DNA of 64,000 nt. It comes from Dendrobates tinctorius (lineage: Eukaryota). Shown here one piece after another: positions 24,879-37,466 of the stretch. Each line of letters begins with the position of its first letter. The stretch's first letter is position 1. The stretch lies in contig NW_027361737.1 of assembly GCF_039654945.1 (NCBI RefSeq), positions 25,420,001 through 25,484,000 of the forward strand. The letters run 5' to 3'. The translations under genes and the position numbers were made by a program. A model generated the notes under the pieces. That model saw only the letters and a list, made by a program, of their open reading frames with translations. It was not told where the DNA came from and ran no database searches.

Positions 24879-26049
24879 CGCCAAATCTGGTTATTATCTG
24901 TCATTACAGCATTTCAATGCACATTATGTGCCTTTTGTTATATTTTATTGCATCTAATTTACTGGTCTCTAGGTATTCATTTGGGCTAATTATTCAAATT
25001 ACTTGTTGTAAGGTTCCCTTTTTTTCAGATTTTGTTCATCTCCTAATAGTGCACTCGATCAGACATTTCTCATATACAATGTTAAAGGGGTTGTCCGGCC
25101 TTAGGGTACAAGTCTGCTCTATGTGACTACAGATTTGTGAATCCTCACTGCATGTGCACTATGAGGATTCTCCGGTGCCTCCGCATGACTGTAAGCATGT
25201 GATTTGTGTAAATTCGGTCACGTGCCGACTAGATGTGCGCGGCCGTGCTCAATGCAGCTGTATTTAGCGAAGCCAGACACAATCTAGTCGGAATGTGGCT
25301 GGAAGTATGCAAATCACATGGTTGATGTCACATGACCGCTCGCTCCCGCCACCGGAGAATCCTTACAGCGCACAGAGTGAGTGTAGACTTGTACCCTAAG
25401 GCTGGAGAACCCCTTTGAGGAAGTTGGAGTTAATCCTGTTCAGGATCCTCATCTCTTGGGTAAAGTAGCACGTCTTAAGAGTCTCTTGCTCCTTTCCTAC
25501 CCTAAATTAGACAAACAACCCATTGAGTAGAATTGACAGTATGTAAGGTTAGGGCTTCTGCACACGTTGCAGTTTTTCCATGCAGATTTGCTAGCAAAAC
25601 CTGAAGCAATCCTGATGCCATCAAAGTGAATGAGAAACCTGAAGTGTTATTCACACGTTGCATATTTTTGACCTGCGGATTTGTCAATTCTCTGTGCTTT
25701 TTAGCCTGCGTTTTTCACCATTGACCTCACTCAAATCAGACAAAAAAAACAACTCGCGTTTTTGCAGCAGAAGTTTTCCTGCCAAGAGATGCAGAAATGG
25801 TGCAGAAATGTCTGCATTCATTTACTCAACGTGTGCACGTAGCCTTAAAGGGAACCTGTCACCTGTTTTGACCGCTATAAGATATGGCCATTGCCTTTCA
25901 GGGCTTATCTACAGCATTCTATAATGCTGTAGATAAGCCCCCGTCCGACCTGCAAGATAACAAAAATATGTTTTATTATACTCACCCGGGGGACGGTCCA
26001 ATGCAGTGTGATCTGATGGGTGTCGCAGGTCCTAGAGATCCGCTTCTGT

Positions 26050-29049
26050 TTAACCCCTTCATGACCTGGCCATTTTTGGCAATATTGACCAGTGTCCCTT
26101 TATGAGGTAATAACTCAGGAACGCTTCAACGGATCCTAGCGATTCTGAGACTGTTTTTTCGTGACATATTTGGCTTCATGTTAGTGGTAAACTTAGGTCA
26201 ATAATGTTTGCATTTATTTGTGAAAAAAACGGAAATTTGGCAAAAATTTTGAAAATTTCACAATTTTCACATTTTGAATTTTTAATCCGTTAAACCAGAG
26301 AGTTATGTCACACAAAATAGTTAATAAATAACATTTCCCACATGTCTACTTTACATCAGCACAATTTTGGAAACAAATTTTTTTTTTTGTTGGGAAGTTA
26401 TAAGGGTTAAAAGTTGACCAGCGATTTCTCATTTTTACAACAAAATTTACAAAACCATTTTTTTTAGGGACCACCTCACATTTGAAGTCACTTTGAGGGA
26501 TCTATATGGCAGAAAATACCCAAAACTGACACCATTCTAAAAACTGCACCCCTCAAGCTACTCAAAACTACATTCAAGAAGATTATTAACCCTTCAGGTG
26601 CTTCACAGCAACTAAAGCAATGTGGAAGGAAAAAATGAACATTTTAATTTTTCCAATAAAAATTTTCTTTTAGCATCAATTTTTTCATTTTTCACATGGG
26701 CAACAGGATAAAATGGATCCTAAACTTTGTTGGGCAATTTCTCCTGAGTACACCGATACCTCATATGTGGTCATAAATCACTGTTTGGGCGCACGGCAGG
26801 GCTCAGAAGGGAAGGAGCGCCATTTGACTTTTTGAATGGAAAATATGCTGGAATTTTTAGCGGTTGCCATGTCGCGTTTGGACAGCTCCTGTGTGCCTAA
26901 ACATTGGATCTCCCCCACAAGTGACCCCATTTTAGAAACTAGACCCTCCAAGGAACTTATTTAGATGCATAGTGAGCACTTTGAACCGCCAGGTGCTTCA
27001 CAAATTGGTCCGTTAAAAAAAAAAAAGGACTTTTTTTTCACACAAATTTTCTTTTAGCCTCAGTTTTTTCATTTTCACATGGGCAATGGGATAAAGTGGA
27101 TCCTAAAATTTGTTGGGCAATTTCTCCTGAGTGCACAGATACCTCATATGTGGTCATAAACCACTGTTTGGGCACACGGCAGGGTCCCGAAGGGAAGGAG
27201 CACCATTTGACTTTTTGAATGGAAAATTAGCTCCAATCGTTAGTGGACACCATGTCGTGTTTGGAGAGGCCCTGTCTGCCTACACTTTGGAGCTCCCCCA
27301 CATATCACCCCATTTTGGAAACTAGACCCCCTAAGGAAGTTATCTAGATGCACCCGCTATCCTTTATTTTCACAGTAGTAACTGGAGAAATTTGACCCCA
27401 AAAGTTATTGTCCAGTTTGTCCTGAGTACGCTGGTACACAATATGTGGGGAGGGACCACTGTTTGGGCACACGTCGGGGCTCGGAAGGGAAGTAGCGACG
27501 TTTTGAAATACCGACTTGATGGAATGGTCTGCGGGAGTCATGTTACGTTTGCAGAGCCCCTGATGTGGAAACAGTGGAAACCCCCCACAAGTGACCCCAT
27601 TTTGGAAACGAGACCCCCCAAGGAACTTATCTAGATGTTTGATGAGCACTTTGAACCCCCAAGTGCTTCACCCAAGTTTATAACTCAGAGCCGTGAAAAC
27701 AAAAAAAATCATTTTTTTCACAAAAATCATTTTTTTAGCCCCCAAGTTTTTATTTTCCCAAGGGTAACAGGAGAAATTAGACTCCCAAAGTTGTTGTGCA
27801 ATTTTTCCTGAGTACGCTGATACCCCATATATGGGGGTAAACCACTGTTTGGGCACACGTAGGGGCTCGGAATGCAGAGAGTGCTGTTTGACATTTTGAA
27901 CGCAAAATTGGCTGGAATAAATCGTGGCGCCATGTCGCGTTCGGAGACCCCGTGATGTGCCTAAACAGTGGAAACCCCTCAATTCTAACTCCAACTCTAA
28001 CCCCAACACAACCCTAACGCCAACACACCCCTAACCCTAATCCCAACTCTAACCCTAACTACAAGCCTAACCCTAACCCTAATTCCAGCCCTAACCCTAA
28101 TTCCAGCCCTAACCCTAATTCCAGCCCTAACCCTAATTCCAGCCCTAACCCTAATTCCAGCCCTAACCCTAATTCCAGCCCTAACCCTAATTCCAGCCCT
28201 AACCCTAATTCCAGCCCTAGCCCCAATTCCAGCCCTAGCCCCAATTCCAGCCCTAGCCCCAATTCCAGCCCTAGCCCCAATTCCAGCCCTAGCCCCAATT
28301 CCAGCCCAATTTTTTTTATTTTATTATTTGCGCCTGGCTATGGGGGTGATAAAAGGGGGGTGTATTTACTTTTTTTTTCATTTTGATCACTGTGAGAGTG
28401 TATCACAGTGATCAAAATGAAAAATGAACGGGCAACCGGCAAATTCATGGGCGCCGCCATCTTGGACAATGGCAGGCGCACTGCGCATGCGCCCGCCATT
28501 TTGCAAGATGGCGGCGCCCATGATTCGGACGCCGGGAGCCACGGCGGGACACCGGGAGCACGATCGGAGGTCCCGGGGGATCGGAAGGTGGGAGGGAGCG
28601 ATAGGAAGGGGAGGGGGAGCAGATGATGACGGCGGCGACCGATCGCCGCCGTCCATCGGTGGCGGGGGCCGATCGGTCCCGCCAGTTGGTGTGTGGGGGG
28701 GTCGGGTGTTGGTGTCCAGCCATGTCCGATGCTATTGCAGCATCGGCCATGGCTGGATTGTAATATTTCACCAAATTTCATTGGTGAAATATTACAAATC
28801 GCTCTGATTGGCTGTTTCACTTTTAACAGCCAATCAGAGCGATCGTAGGCACGTGGGGGCTAAGCCACGCCCCCTGGGATTAACTGTAGAGTGTCCTCTG
28901 TGTGCGGGTCGGGTGACCTTTCAATGACCCCGGTCACCCGACCCGCAGGGGGGCTATTTATAGCATGACGCCTAAGTAGGCGTCATAGGTCGTTTGGGCA
29001 CGACTTTTCATGACGCCTACGTAGGCGTCATGGGTCGTGAAGGGGTTAA
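26050..29049. mobile_element. Non-autonomous TTAA-target DNA transposon (3 kb)
   Basis: TTAACCCCTTCATGACC ... GGTCGTGAAGGGGTTAA; internal degenerate tandem blocks and a telomere-like array. Confidence 0.8.
27985..28308. repeat. Telomere-like 18-bp repeat (CCCTAACCCTAATTCCAG)n inside the transposon
   Basis: Direct reading; the unit changes to CCCTAGCCCCAATTCCAG in the last copies. Confidence 0.9.
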
Positions 29050-29439
29050 AGAAGCACTCCCATTCACATTTTTTCCCCATTAATTCTGTGTATATGTGCA
29101 CATATTGTAGTGTATTGATCTACTCACCTACCGCCCCCTCCTCCAGTATTCAGTGCCGTCCTGATCCTCTTATCAGTGATGTGACCTCTCATCAGACTAA
29201 CTGACTCACTCTATGCGTGAGCCGGAAGTCTCTCTTACAATGTAAGCCTATGGAGGCTCCTTCTGTCATTCTGTAGGCTTGCGTTGTACAAGCCACTTGC
29301 CTGTCACGCAGAGCGCAGTGTGACCCGAAAAGTCTGCAGAGAGATGACGTCATTAAGATGAGCAGAATGGTGCTGTGTCCCGGAGAGAGACTTGGTATTT
29401 GAGCATATTAATACACTCATACTACACAACATATACAGT

Positions 29440-30825
29440 GAAAACCAAAAACAAAGCACAAAACAAATATCCTGGAATAAAAAAGTAAAAAAATATATTG
29501 CAAAAATTGCATGAAGGTAGTAATAATAAGGGTATTTAGTTAACATAATTTTGATCAAAATAATGTAGAAGCCATCCCGCCACGTCACGGCAACCCTTGT
29601 GGGACAGTCCTAACTCTTGTATTTAAAACCTTTCCACTTGTCAAGTGACGTAAATGTGAACAAGGACAGAGGGACTGAACCACCAGTAATAGTATAGGCC
29701 AGACAGGATGGATTTTCCAACTCAGAAACAGGGCGGTCACACCCTTATATGCACAGAATGCACAATGAAACAAATGAGAAACTGGGTCTGAGCAGAAAAA
29801 GTAAATTAATGTGCATGCAAAATGTAATTGCATATGAACACATGACCTTTACACAGAGAAAACCAAAAACAAAGCACAAAACAAATATCCTGGAATAAAA
29901 AAGTAAAAAAATATATTGCAAAAATTGCATGAAGGTAGTAATAATAAGGGTATTTAGTTAACATAATTTTGATCAAAATAATGTAGAAGCCATCCCGCCA
30001 CGTCACGGCAACCCTTGTGGGACAGTCCTAACTCTTGTATTTAAAACCTTTCCACTTGTCAAGTGACGTAAATGTGAACAAGGACAGAGGGACTGAACCA
30101 CCAGTAATAGTATAGGCCAGACAGGATGGATTTTCCAACTCAGAAACAGGGCGGTCACACCCTTATATGCACAGAATGCACAATGAAACAAATGAGAAAC
30201 TGGGTCTGAGCAGAAAAAGTAAATTAATGTGCATGCGAAATGTAATTGCATATGAACACATGACCTTTACACAGAGAAAACCAAAAACAAAGCACAAAAC
30301 AAATATCCTGGAATAAAAAAGTAAAAAAATATATTGCAAAAATTGCATGAAGGTAGTAATAATAAGGGTATTTAGTTAACATAATTTTGATCAAAATAAT
30401 GTAGAAGCCATCCCGCCACGTCACGGCAACCCTTGTGGGACAGTCCTAACTCTTGTATTTAAAACCTTTCCACTTGTCAAGTGACGTAAATGTGAACAAG
30501 GACAGAGGGACTGAACCACCAGTAATAGTATAGGCCAGACAGGATGGATTTTCCAACTCAGAAACAGGGCGGTCACACCCTTATATGCACAGAATGCACA
30601 ATGAAACAAATGAGAAACTGGGTCTGAGCAGAAAAAGTAAATTAATGTGCATGCAAAATGTAATTGCATATGAACACATGACCTTTACACAGAGAAAACC
30701 AAAAACAAAGCACAAAACAAATATCCTGGAATAAAAAAGTAAAAAAATATATTGCAAAAATTGCATGAAGGTAGTAATAATAAGGGTATTTAGTTAACAT
30801 AATTTTGATCAAAATAATGTAGAAG
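29440..30825 (-). mobile_element. 3.3 x 418-bp tandem non-coding insertion with a 14-bp TSD (retrozyme-like)
   Basis: Period 418 (repeated ORFs at 29585/30003/30421). ACAACATATACAGT at 29426-29439 and 30826-30839. It interrupts a MITE whose uninterrupted relative is at ~48567-48969. Confidence 0.85.
29528..29607 (-). ncRNA. Candidate HDV/CPEB3-like ribozyme fold (also at 29946-30025 and 30364-30443)
   Basis: Hand fold: P1 CUGUCCC/GGGAUGG, P2 AAGGGU/ACCCUU, P3 GCC/GGC, L3 GUGACGU, P4 ACAUUAUUUU-GAUC-AAAAUUAUGU, J4/2 CUAA. The +1 C and the first G of L3 are non-canonical. Confidence 0.55.
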
Positions 30826-32487
30826 ACAACATATACAGTATATATACTATTAATGTAAAAAAGCCTGTTCATGGTAACATGAACCTCAGTACTTGGGAGC
30901 AGCCACTTCACAGAGCACAGTGATGGCGTCCTGGCTCAATACATTGCTGATGGTGATGGTGCATGCTGTTGAACCCTTATTTTCTGATATTGATTACCCA
31001 AGTCCTGCACAACCTCTTCAATATTCACTAGTTGGATTGTACTGCTATAGAGTTCATCTGATCACTGGGGGTCCTGACAAGGGGGCACTTTCTGATACTT
31101 TTATTGCTATCGTGCTTTCTAGCAAGGGATTGTCGAAAGTGGGGATATTTTGTGAATGCACATTGCCCATATGTTGCATTTGTGAATATATACAGCATCT
31201 TTATAAGATATATCTGTGTGCACCATGTCTTGACGTCTGTGCGCAGGACAGATGCTCGTACAAATTGGCCCCTGATAACTTACCTGTGGGACAAAATGTT
31301 TTTGGATTTTTAGTTGGTGACCGTAGCATTGATGATGGATGCACCACCAGCTGGCCACATTGGCCCTACTCTTCTGATAATAAAGGGACTTTTCAGTGCT
31401 GTAATTGGCTGAGGCATCTGATATCATAAACGTTGATCGATGTATTCAGGATTTCTATTACATTTCCTTGACATCTCCAGCATTGCTGAAGGGCAGTTTA
31501 CTTCATGGCACACTGCTTTCATTCTTCTCTACAGTTTATTTAGTGCCTTAACTGCATCCACTTTTCATAAAGAAAATGTGTGATGTCTTGTTTTTCTGAA
31601 GATGAATATAATATTACTTTTATCTCTACAATCAGGGAGATCGATCCATTACAACCGTGCAATATCTAAATGTGTAAAAGTGGATGAGCGTGATTACATT
31701 ATAGCCTGACCAGTCACGACGCATGGACATCAGCCTATGTCTGCAGAAGACGCAGCATAATAGTAGTTGGCTGGGCTGTTTCCTGAAACTCGCAGTATGT
31801 GGTGATTGAGAAAAAAAAAATCACAAAGCCTTTCTAAGGCCAAGTTCTCACGGGGCAATTTTGCTGCAGAAAGTTGCTTTAAGGGAGTTTTCAAAGTTCA
31901 GAATAAAAAATGTGACCAATGCGGGAGAGTGAAGGTGGGGGAAGGAGTTCTTTATTACAGAACAAGAAAAAACAAGTAATGCTGGACATTTCATGACGTG
32001 CCACCAATATGTGGGACCCTGCCCTCAACATCTCTGTTAATTAGTGCATTAATCAGTATTTGTAGATAAATCAGACAGTTATATACAGGTTTTTTAAACT
32101 GGACATCATCATCTACTTTGATGTTTTGTACAAGGCTTCTTTTTGGCTGGGAGCTCACCATCAAGAACAGGATGAGCTTTTCCGATTGTTCATATTCATG
32201 TCAAATTTAGCACATTTAGAAATTAATACTCCATTGTCTCATAACCCCCTGCTTTACGCCAAAGTAATAATTCTGTTGTGGGGCACATTTTATTAATCTT
32301 TGTGCCAGATTTTAGGGCTTTTGTTTTCTTCTTTAAATGTTGAATTTTTTTTACTCTAAATCTCCCTCAGTAGGTAAAAATAAGTATCTCTAGGCATACA
32401 TAAAGACAATGTTATCATACCCTCCTCTCACTGCAACTTTATCCTTGAAAGTACCGCATGTGAGACACTTCCCCTAGTGAATGAGCC

Positions 32488-32496
32488 GGTAACAAG

Positions 32497-32544
<48 letters not shown>
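32488..32544. repeat. (TA)n microsatellite
   Basis: Direct reading. Confidence 0.95.
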
Positions 32545-32546
<2 letters not shown>

Positions 32547-33702
32547 ATGAAACGCGTCTGTAGAAAGCACGTTCTTTGGCTAAATCAACCCCTATGTCCA
32601 TATGTCATTATTTGAAAACCTCAACAATTGACAATATCTGAGATAGATTGATTACAAGAGGGCAGTTAAAGGGTTTTTCCACATGAAAGTAATTTAGATG
32701 TTTATAAGGTATAAATGTATAAAACTGCCCAATATACTAGAATTAGCACGCATGTTACAGTCTCCAGATATTGCGGTCGGTCCAGGCAGCGCCGTCTCCA
32801 GCCAATGCTTAACACAGGAGAGTTCTTTCCTTTGTCGGAATGTGTCAGACTTGTTCACATCTTAGTTCTTCAGGTGGGGCACGCTCCTGAAGATTGATAG
32901 TAGGCCAGCGACATGGTCGTGCTGCTGGTCCGAATGGAGTGCGCTCCCATCCTGCTATCAGGAGTATCGTTTCCCCCACAGCATGGGAAAAGCAGAGAGA
33001 CTCGGAAGCGGATCAGACTATCCTGACGGCGTTAAGCTCTAAACAATCGTGTGTGATAAGCGGCATGCGCTCCTTGCCTAGGTAACTAGCCACTCGACTC
33101 CAGAGGTGGCCGGTAAGCTAGGTAACAAGCTGTACACTTTAAAAACTAAAATTTCCTTCATTCTTGAGAGCAGAGAGGACATTTAATTTCGCAAAGTTGC
33201 TTGTCTTTGTTTTTTTTTTTACAAGCTTTTTGCAATTTTACTCATTTATGAAATTGACACCCTTTTTAAGAAGGACATGCCTTCATCATCACTGTTTTAC
33301 AAGCTGGTGTCCTTTTGTACAAGTGGCAACATTGTCTAAGTTCAGAGCTTGAGTACTAAATTATAACTTTCATGAAACTTGTTTAGATGTGTTTGAACTG
33401 TAACAATGCACAACGCCTTAATGTACAGAGTGTCCAGACAGTGCCAATTCTCACTTGTTTGACACCATGGGGCGTTTCATGTCATCTGTGTTGTGCTATG
33501 TATTAAGGGGCTGCTCATTGCTTTATTTTCCCCACCGTTAAGCCCTTCTCTATCCAGACAACAGTCCCGACAAAGGGGAGCTTAGCTACATAATATGTCA
33601 GAAGCCCCCTTCACACATGGCTGACCACTTGCTGATGATACACGACTTGTTGGTTCTTAATTTAATCCTTAAAGTCTAATTGGTTTCCAATGTGTTTCAA
33701 AG

Positions 33703-33811
33703 GTAGAGGAAGAGGAGAGGGTGGTTTTTACCAAAGAAGTTTCGATGAAGTAGAGAGTGGCTTTGGTCGAGGAGCCCGTGAAATGCATAGGTCACAAAGC
33801 TGGGAAGAAAG
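33703..33811 (+). CDS. GIGYF2: GIGYF2 coding exon (GRGRGEGGFYQRSFDEVESGFGRGAREMHRSQSWEER)
   Basis: ttcaaag acceptor and gtaaga donor; 109 nt, phase 1-2. Confidence 0.95.
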
Positions 33812-34627
33812 GTAAGAGTTGCTGAAAAGATGACATAAAGTAGTGTGGGCTCCATCATCTGGAGTATTTGTCAGCTCTCGTGACTCGTTTAGTGACTTTA
33901 TAGCATCTTTTACAAAAACTAAATTGTAGGATTGCTTGGTTAATCTTACTGGAAATGCGTGAACACACTGACAACTGTGGGATATTTATTATTTTTATTT
34001 TTATTATGATTCCCTGTGTATGTCAACAGGTTTGTCCCTTCATTGTCTGATGGCATTGATTGAACGTCATGTGTTTAGGGAGACACCCCTTTGATGTGGG
34101 GAATGGTAAAACCTAGCTGCCAGTTTCCTATTCATTTCCAGCAAGAATAGCAGAAGGATATTACTTGCAGTTCTGAGAAAAACGTCTGCTCCAGCATTGC
34201 TAGTATAAGGGTGAAACAGGTATGTCCTAAATCTTGGCCAGGTGAGGAGAATAATTGCTAGGTACAATATTATGCACTTTAGTTGTTAATTTAACTTGTG
34301 CCCATCACACCCATAATATTACTGTGTGCGATAAATGAGGTGTAGCCTGGAAAAGTGTGTTGTTTTTTTTTTATTTGTATGCAGCTTTAAGGTGCATGGA
34401 CACATCCGTGTGAATGTCGCTGTGCCGCCCAACCCACTGAGTATGTTTGATTTTTATTATTGATTATAGGACGTGTTCTGAGTTTCACTGATGTCTTTCT
34501 TGGATTTTTAAATGGCTCCGAGAGACTCTATGGGGTCTGAATGCTGTTCGATTAAATAAACCTCAGACGTTTCACATGGATGTGTAAATGCACCCTTAGG
34601 GCTCGCTCGCCCAGTCGAGATGTTTTA

Positions 34628-34995
34628 GGGTGTGTGCACACGCTGTGGATTCTGCTGCGGTTCCGCAGCGGTTTTGGCCGCTGCGGGTCCGCAGCAGTTT
34701 TTGTTGAGGTGTACAGTACCATTATTCCCTATGGGAATAAAAAACCGCAGTGCAGACGGTGCGGATTTTTCCGCGCAGTTTTCCTGCGGTTTTGAAACCG
34801 CAGAAAGAATTGACATGTCAATTCTTTCTGCGGATTCTGCTGTGGTTTGCCATCTCCTCCATTGTGGAGATGAAAAACCGCAGGCCAATCTGCAGGTAAA
34901 ACTGCAGGTCTTTTGACCTGCAGATTTACCTGCGGAATTTACAAAATCCGTGCAGCCAAATCCGCACCCCAATCCGCAGCGTGTGCATGTACCCT
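34628..34995. mobile_element. Harbinger-type MITE nested in another MITE
   Basis: GGGTGTGTGCACACGCTG ... CAGCGTGTGCATGTACCC with TTA flanks; same family as 45676-46020. Confidence 0.75.
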
Positions 34996-35498
34996 TAGCG
35001 AACATCACTCAGCCCAGTGTTATACTGTGAGGCAGTGCAGATCTGCGTTTTCTTCTCATGCCGATTTGGCATGACAAAACTGTTTCATCGTGCTGGGAGT
35101 GCATCTGATAATCTGATCATGAGCACCCATACAGGTCTATGGGTGTGTGTGAAACACCAGACTGCACTCGGATGTCACCCGAGTGTAGTCTGATAACTTA
35201 ATTTCTCCATTCTCTGTGAATACAGTAATCTGTCTGTGATTCTATGCTGCGATTCTCTCATGCGAGAGTCTGATTGCACTCGGGTGATGCTCTGCTCCAA
35301 ACTCTGACAGAGTGGGATCTGAGTGTCATTAGCGTAATCAAGCCGATTCTGTGGCATGAGAGAACTGATGGCCGTGTGACTCCGGCCTCTGTGTGAGGAC
35401 GACCTAATACAAAGCACAACTTGCACCCTTGCATGACTTTGAAGAGGGGTTTTCACCATTTTTACATTTCTGAATTTCCTCTCTTTCTACCCTATCAG

Positions 35499-35539
35499 AG
35501 GAGATCGTCGGTTTGAAAAACCAGCACGAAAAGAAGCAG
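35499..35539 (+). CDS. GIGYF2: GIGYF2 coding exon (GDRRFEKPARKEA)
   Basis: cctatcag acceptor and gtaata donor; 41 nt, phase 2-1. Confidence 0.93.
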
Positions 35540-35836
35540 GTAATACCTTTCTCTTACATAAAGTTTTCTTAATCTGCCATAGAGAAATCATTCCAGACAT
35601 GTAACTTGGTTGCAATAGGCAGAGTGCTCCTTGTTTTTTTTTTTTTGTTTTTTTTTTTTTTACAGCAATGTTGAAACAGTTTCTCTATTGTGTTCCAGTA
35701 ATTTGTAATGGAAAATCTTAATCCCCTAATCAAAAGAGCCCTCTAATAATAAGTTATGATTTAGTCCTCTTAATCCACATCACCTTTCTGCATTCACACA
35801 CGGAGCCTTAGCAGGTAACTTACTGGAGGCACACAG

Positions 35837-35852
35837 TTTATTCATGTTTATT
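35837..35852 (-). terminator. KCNJ13: Candidate KCNJ13 polyadenylation signals (2 x AATAAA)
   Basis: TTTATT on + at 35837-35842 and 35847-35852, ~850 nt past the KCNJ13 stop. Confidence 0.5.
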
Positions 35853-36705
35853 GTCACAGATATATTGAATGGGAATTGCATGGCCGGCCTCTGTGCAGTT
35901 CCTTGCACCCTTCCTGCTCCAGAAAAGAGCCCCTCTGGGTCTTTGCCTTCCTTCTGCTCCCATAATCTGCCAGCTAGGAATTGTTAAGGGTTAGTACAGC
36001 GATTCCTATAAGTGCTGAGTCTGATTCTTAGGAAAGGCCAAGCGAGTATGCGTGTGCTGCATCATATTCCTCACCTGCATGAGTGCATTATATGCCATCT
36101 CTACAATATACAAATGTGTGATACTTTACTACTGGGTGACTAAGAAGCATGCACATGTTTCCTCTATATCGGTGTACCTGTATTCATCTACTGCGTACCT
36201 CTGGCACTTTGCGTTACGTATGGACTCCTGTGTTACATAGAACAGTGCACTCCACGTTGAAAGGACAATCTGATAAATGAACAAACCCTTCCTGTTACAT
36301 GAACAATCTGGGTTGCTTTTCCCAGTCGTGCCCATTGTATCATTTGCACTTTAGCGTCTGAGTTGGCTTGCTTGCTGTACATTTACAAGTGCTAGTCCAC
36401 TGTCAGCCCACAGCCGTCTCTTTAGACTACTCTGCCCTTCCTTGGAGTGCTGTCACTCACTCCCCTGAGCAATTCTTTATTACAGTTATCCACTATCGGG
36501 TGGGCAGAGTCCCACAGACCCCTGTTGTAACATCGGGGCCACAGAGCTTGGTGTTCTCTAGTGAGATATAAACAGAACAGTCTTTTGGAGCCTTGATGAT
36601 GGTGCCCTCATTTCCTGTGTGAATTTCCTTTGGAGAAGCGTCTGCGTAGGTATCGGAATGAGGACGGCTGAAGGGACTAAGGAAAGTCATTTGCTTTGAA
36701 GTATT

Positions 36706-37337
36706 TTACTCTCCAAGTCCAGTCTCACAGATTTGAAAGGTGTCCCCTCTTTGCCCGTTGGCACAGACTTCCAGCTCAGTTCTGTAGGGCTGTCTGTGCG
36801 AGGCTTGTGACAATTCAGGGAGTGGATGGCCAAATGTTTCCATACAAATGCGATAGCCTCCTTCGGGCCGACGTGTTAGACATGGTGCAAAGCGGTGTCC
36901 TTGAAGTATCTCACTTGGTAGATAAGACGTACGGCTCTGGCAAATTTCCCCTGAGCCTTCCTGAGTAGCAGAAAGACAGACCACAAGCTCCAAGTGACCT
37001 GACAAAGATATTGTTTCACGCTGCGATAAAGCGGCTAGTGGGCTCCCAGGAGAGAGACTATGAGTGTACGTGAGAGGAAAAGAGAAGAACGGGCACTCGC
37101 CACTGCCATTTTGATAGTCCAACAAAAAGTCCACGCTGCTTTGCTGGATTTGGCCATCACCTCTCTCTTGGTACAGAATCCCACTGACTTTCACCATGGT
37201 TAATGGACTTGGGCGGGTGTTGGCCACTTGGAACATTAGACATGGCTTTCCTTCCGGACTGCCCACCACCGCCAGCCTCGAGAAGAGGATTGACGGAGTA
37301 CGATTCTTTGGTCTTGCAATTTTTGCCACAAAAACAC
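36706..37337 (-). CDS. KCNJ13: KCNJ13 (Kir7.1) last coding exon
   Basis: ttttcaacag|GTGTTTTT; [13 protein letters not shown]...RTSYLPSEI...[10 protein letters not shown] matches the Kir7.1 C-terminus. Confidence 0.97.
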
Positions 37338-37466
37338 CTGTTGAAAACAAAATCTGGAATAAGTGAAAACACGCATATGCAAAGCTGGAATAATATATGT
37401 ATGATATTATTTATAACCTCTTGCAACACATACTGCTTTTGTCACTGTAATCTGGGAATATCTGAC

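Noticed and set aside
28059-28298. (LGLELG)n ORF or a true telomere
   Set aside because: Degenerate 18-bp repeat internal to a transposon within an intron.
29440-30825. Hammerhead, twister or pistol ribozyme in the 418-bp unit; HDV fold on the + strand
   Set aside because: No matching cores found by eye; the + strand fit lacks a proper P2 and turns the G.U pairs into A.C mismatches.
29304-30911. Repeated 61-94 aa ORFs in the 418-bp array
   Set aside because: Low-complexity T-rich translations with mostly non-ATG starts; no domain recognised.
30893-31429. 178-aa + strand ORF
   Set aside because: TTG start, no recognisable motif or convincing splice sites; a BLASTX would be needed to say more.
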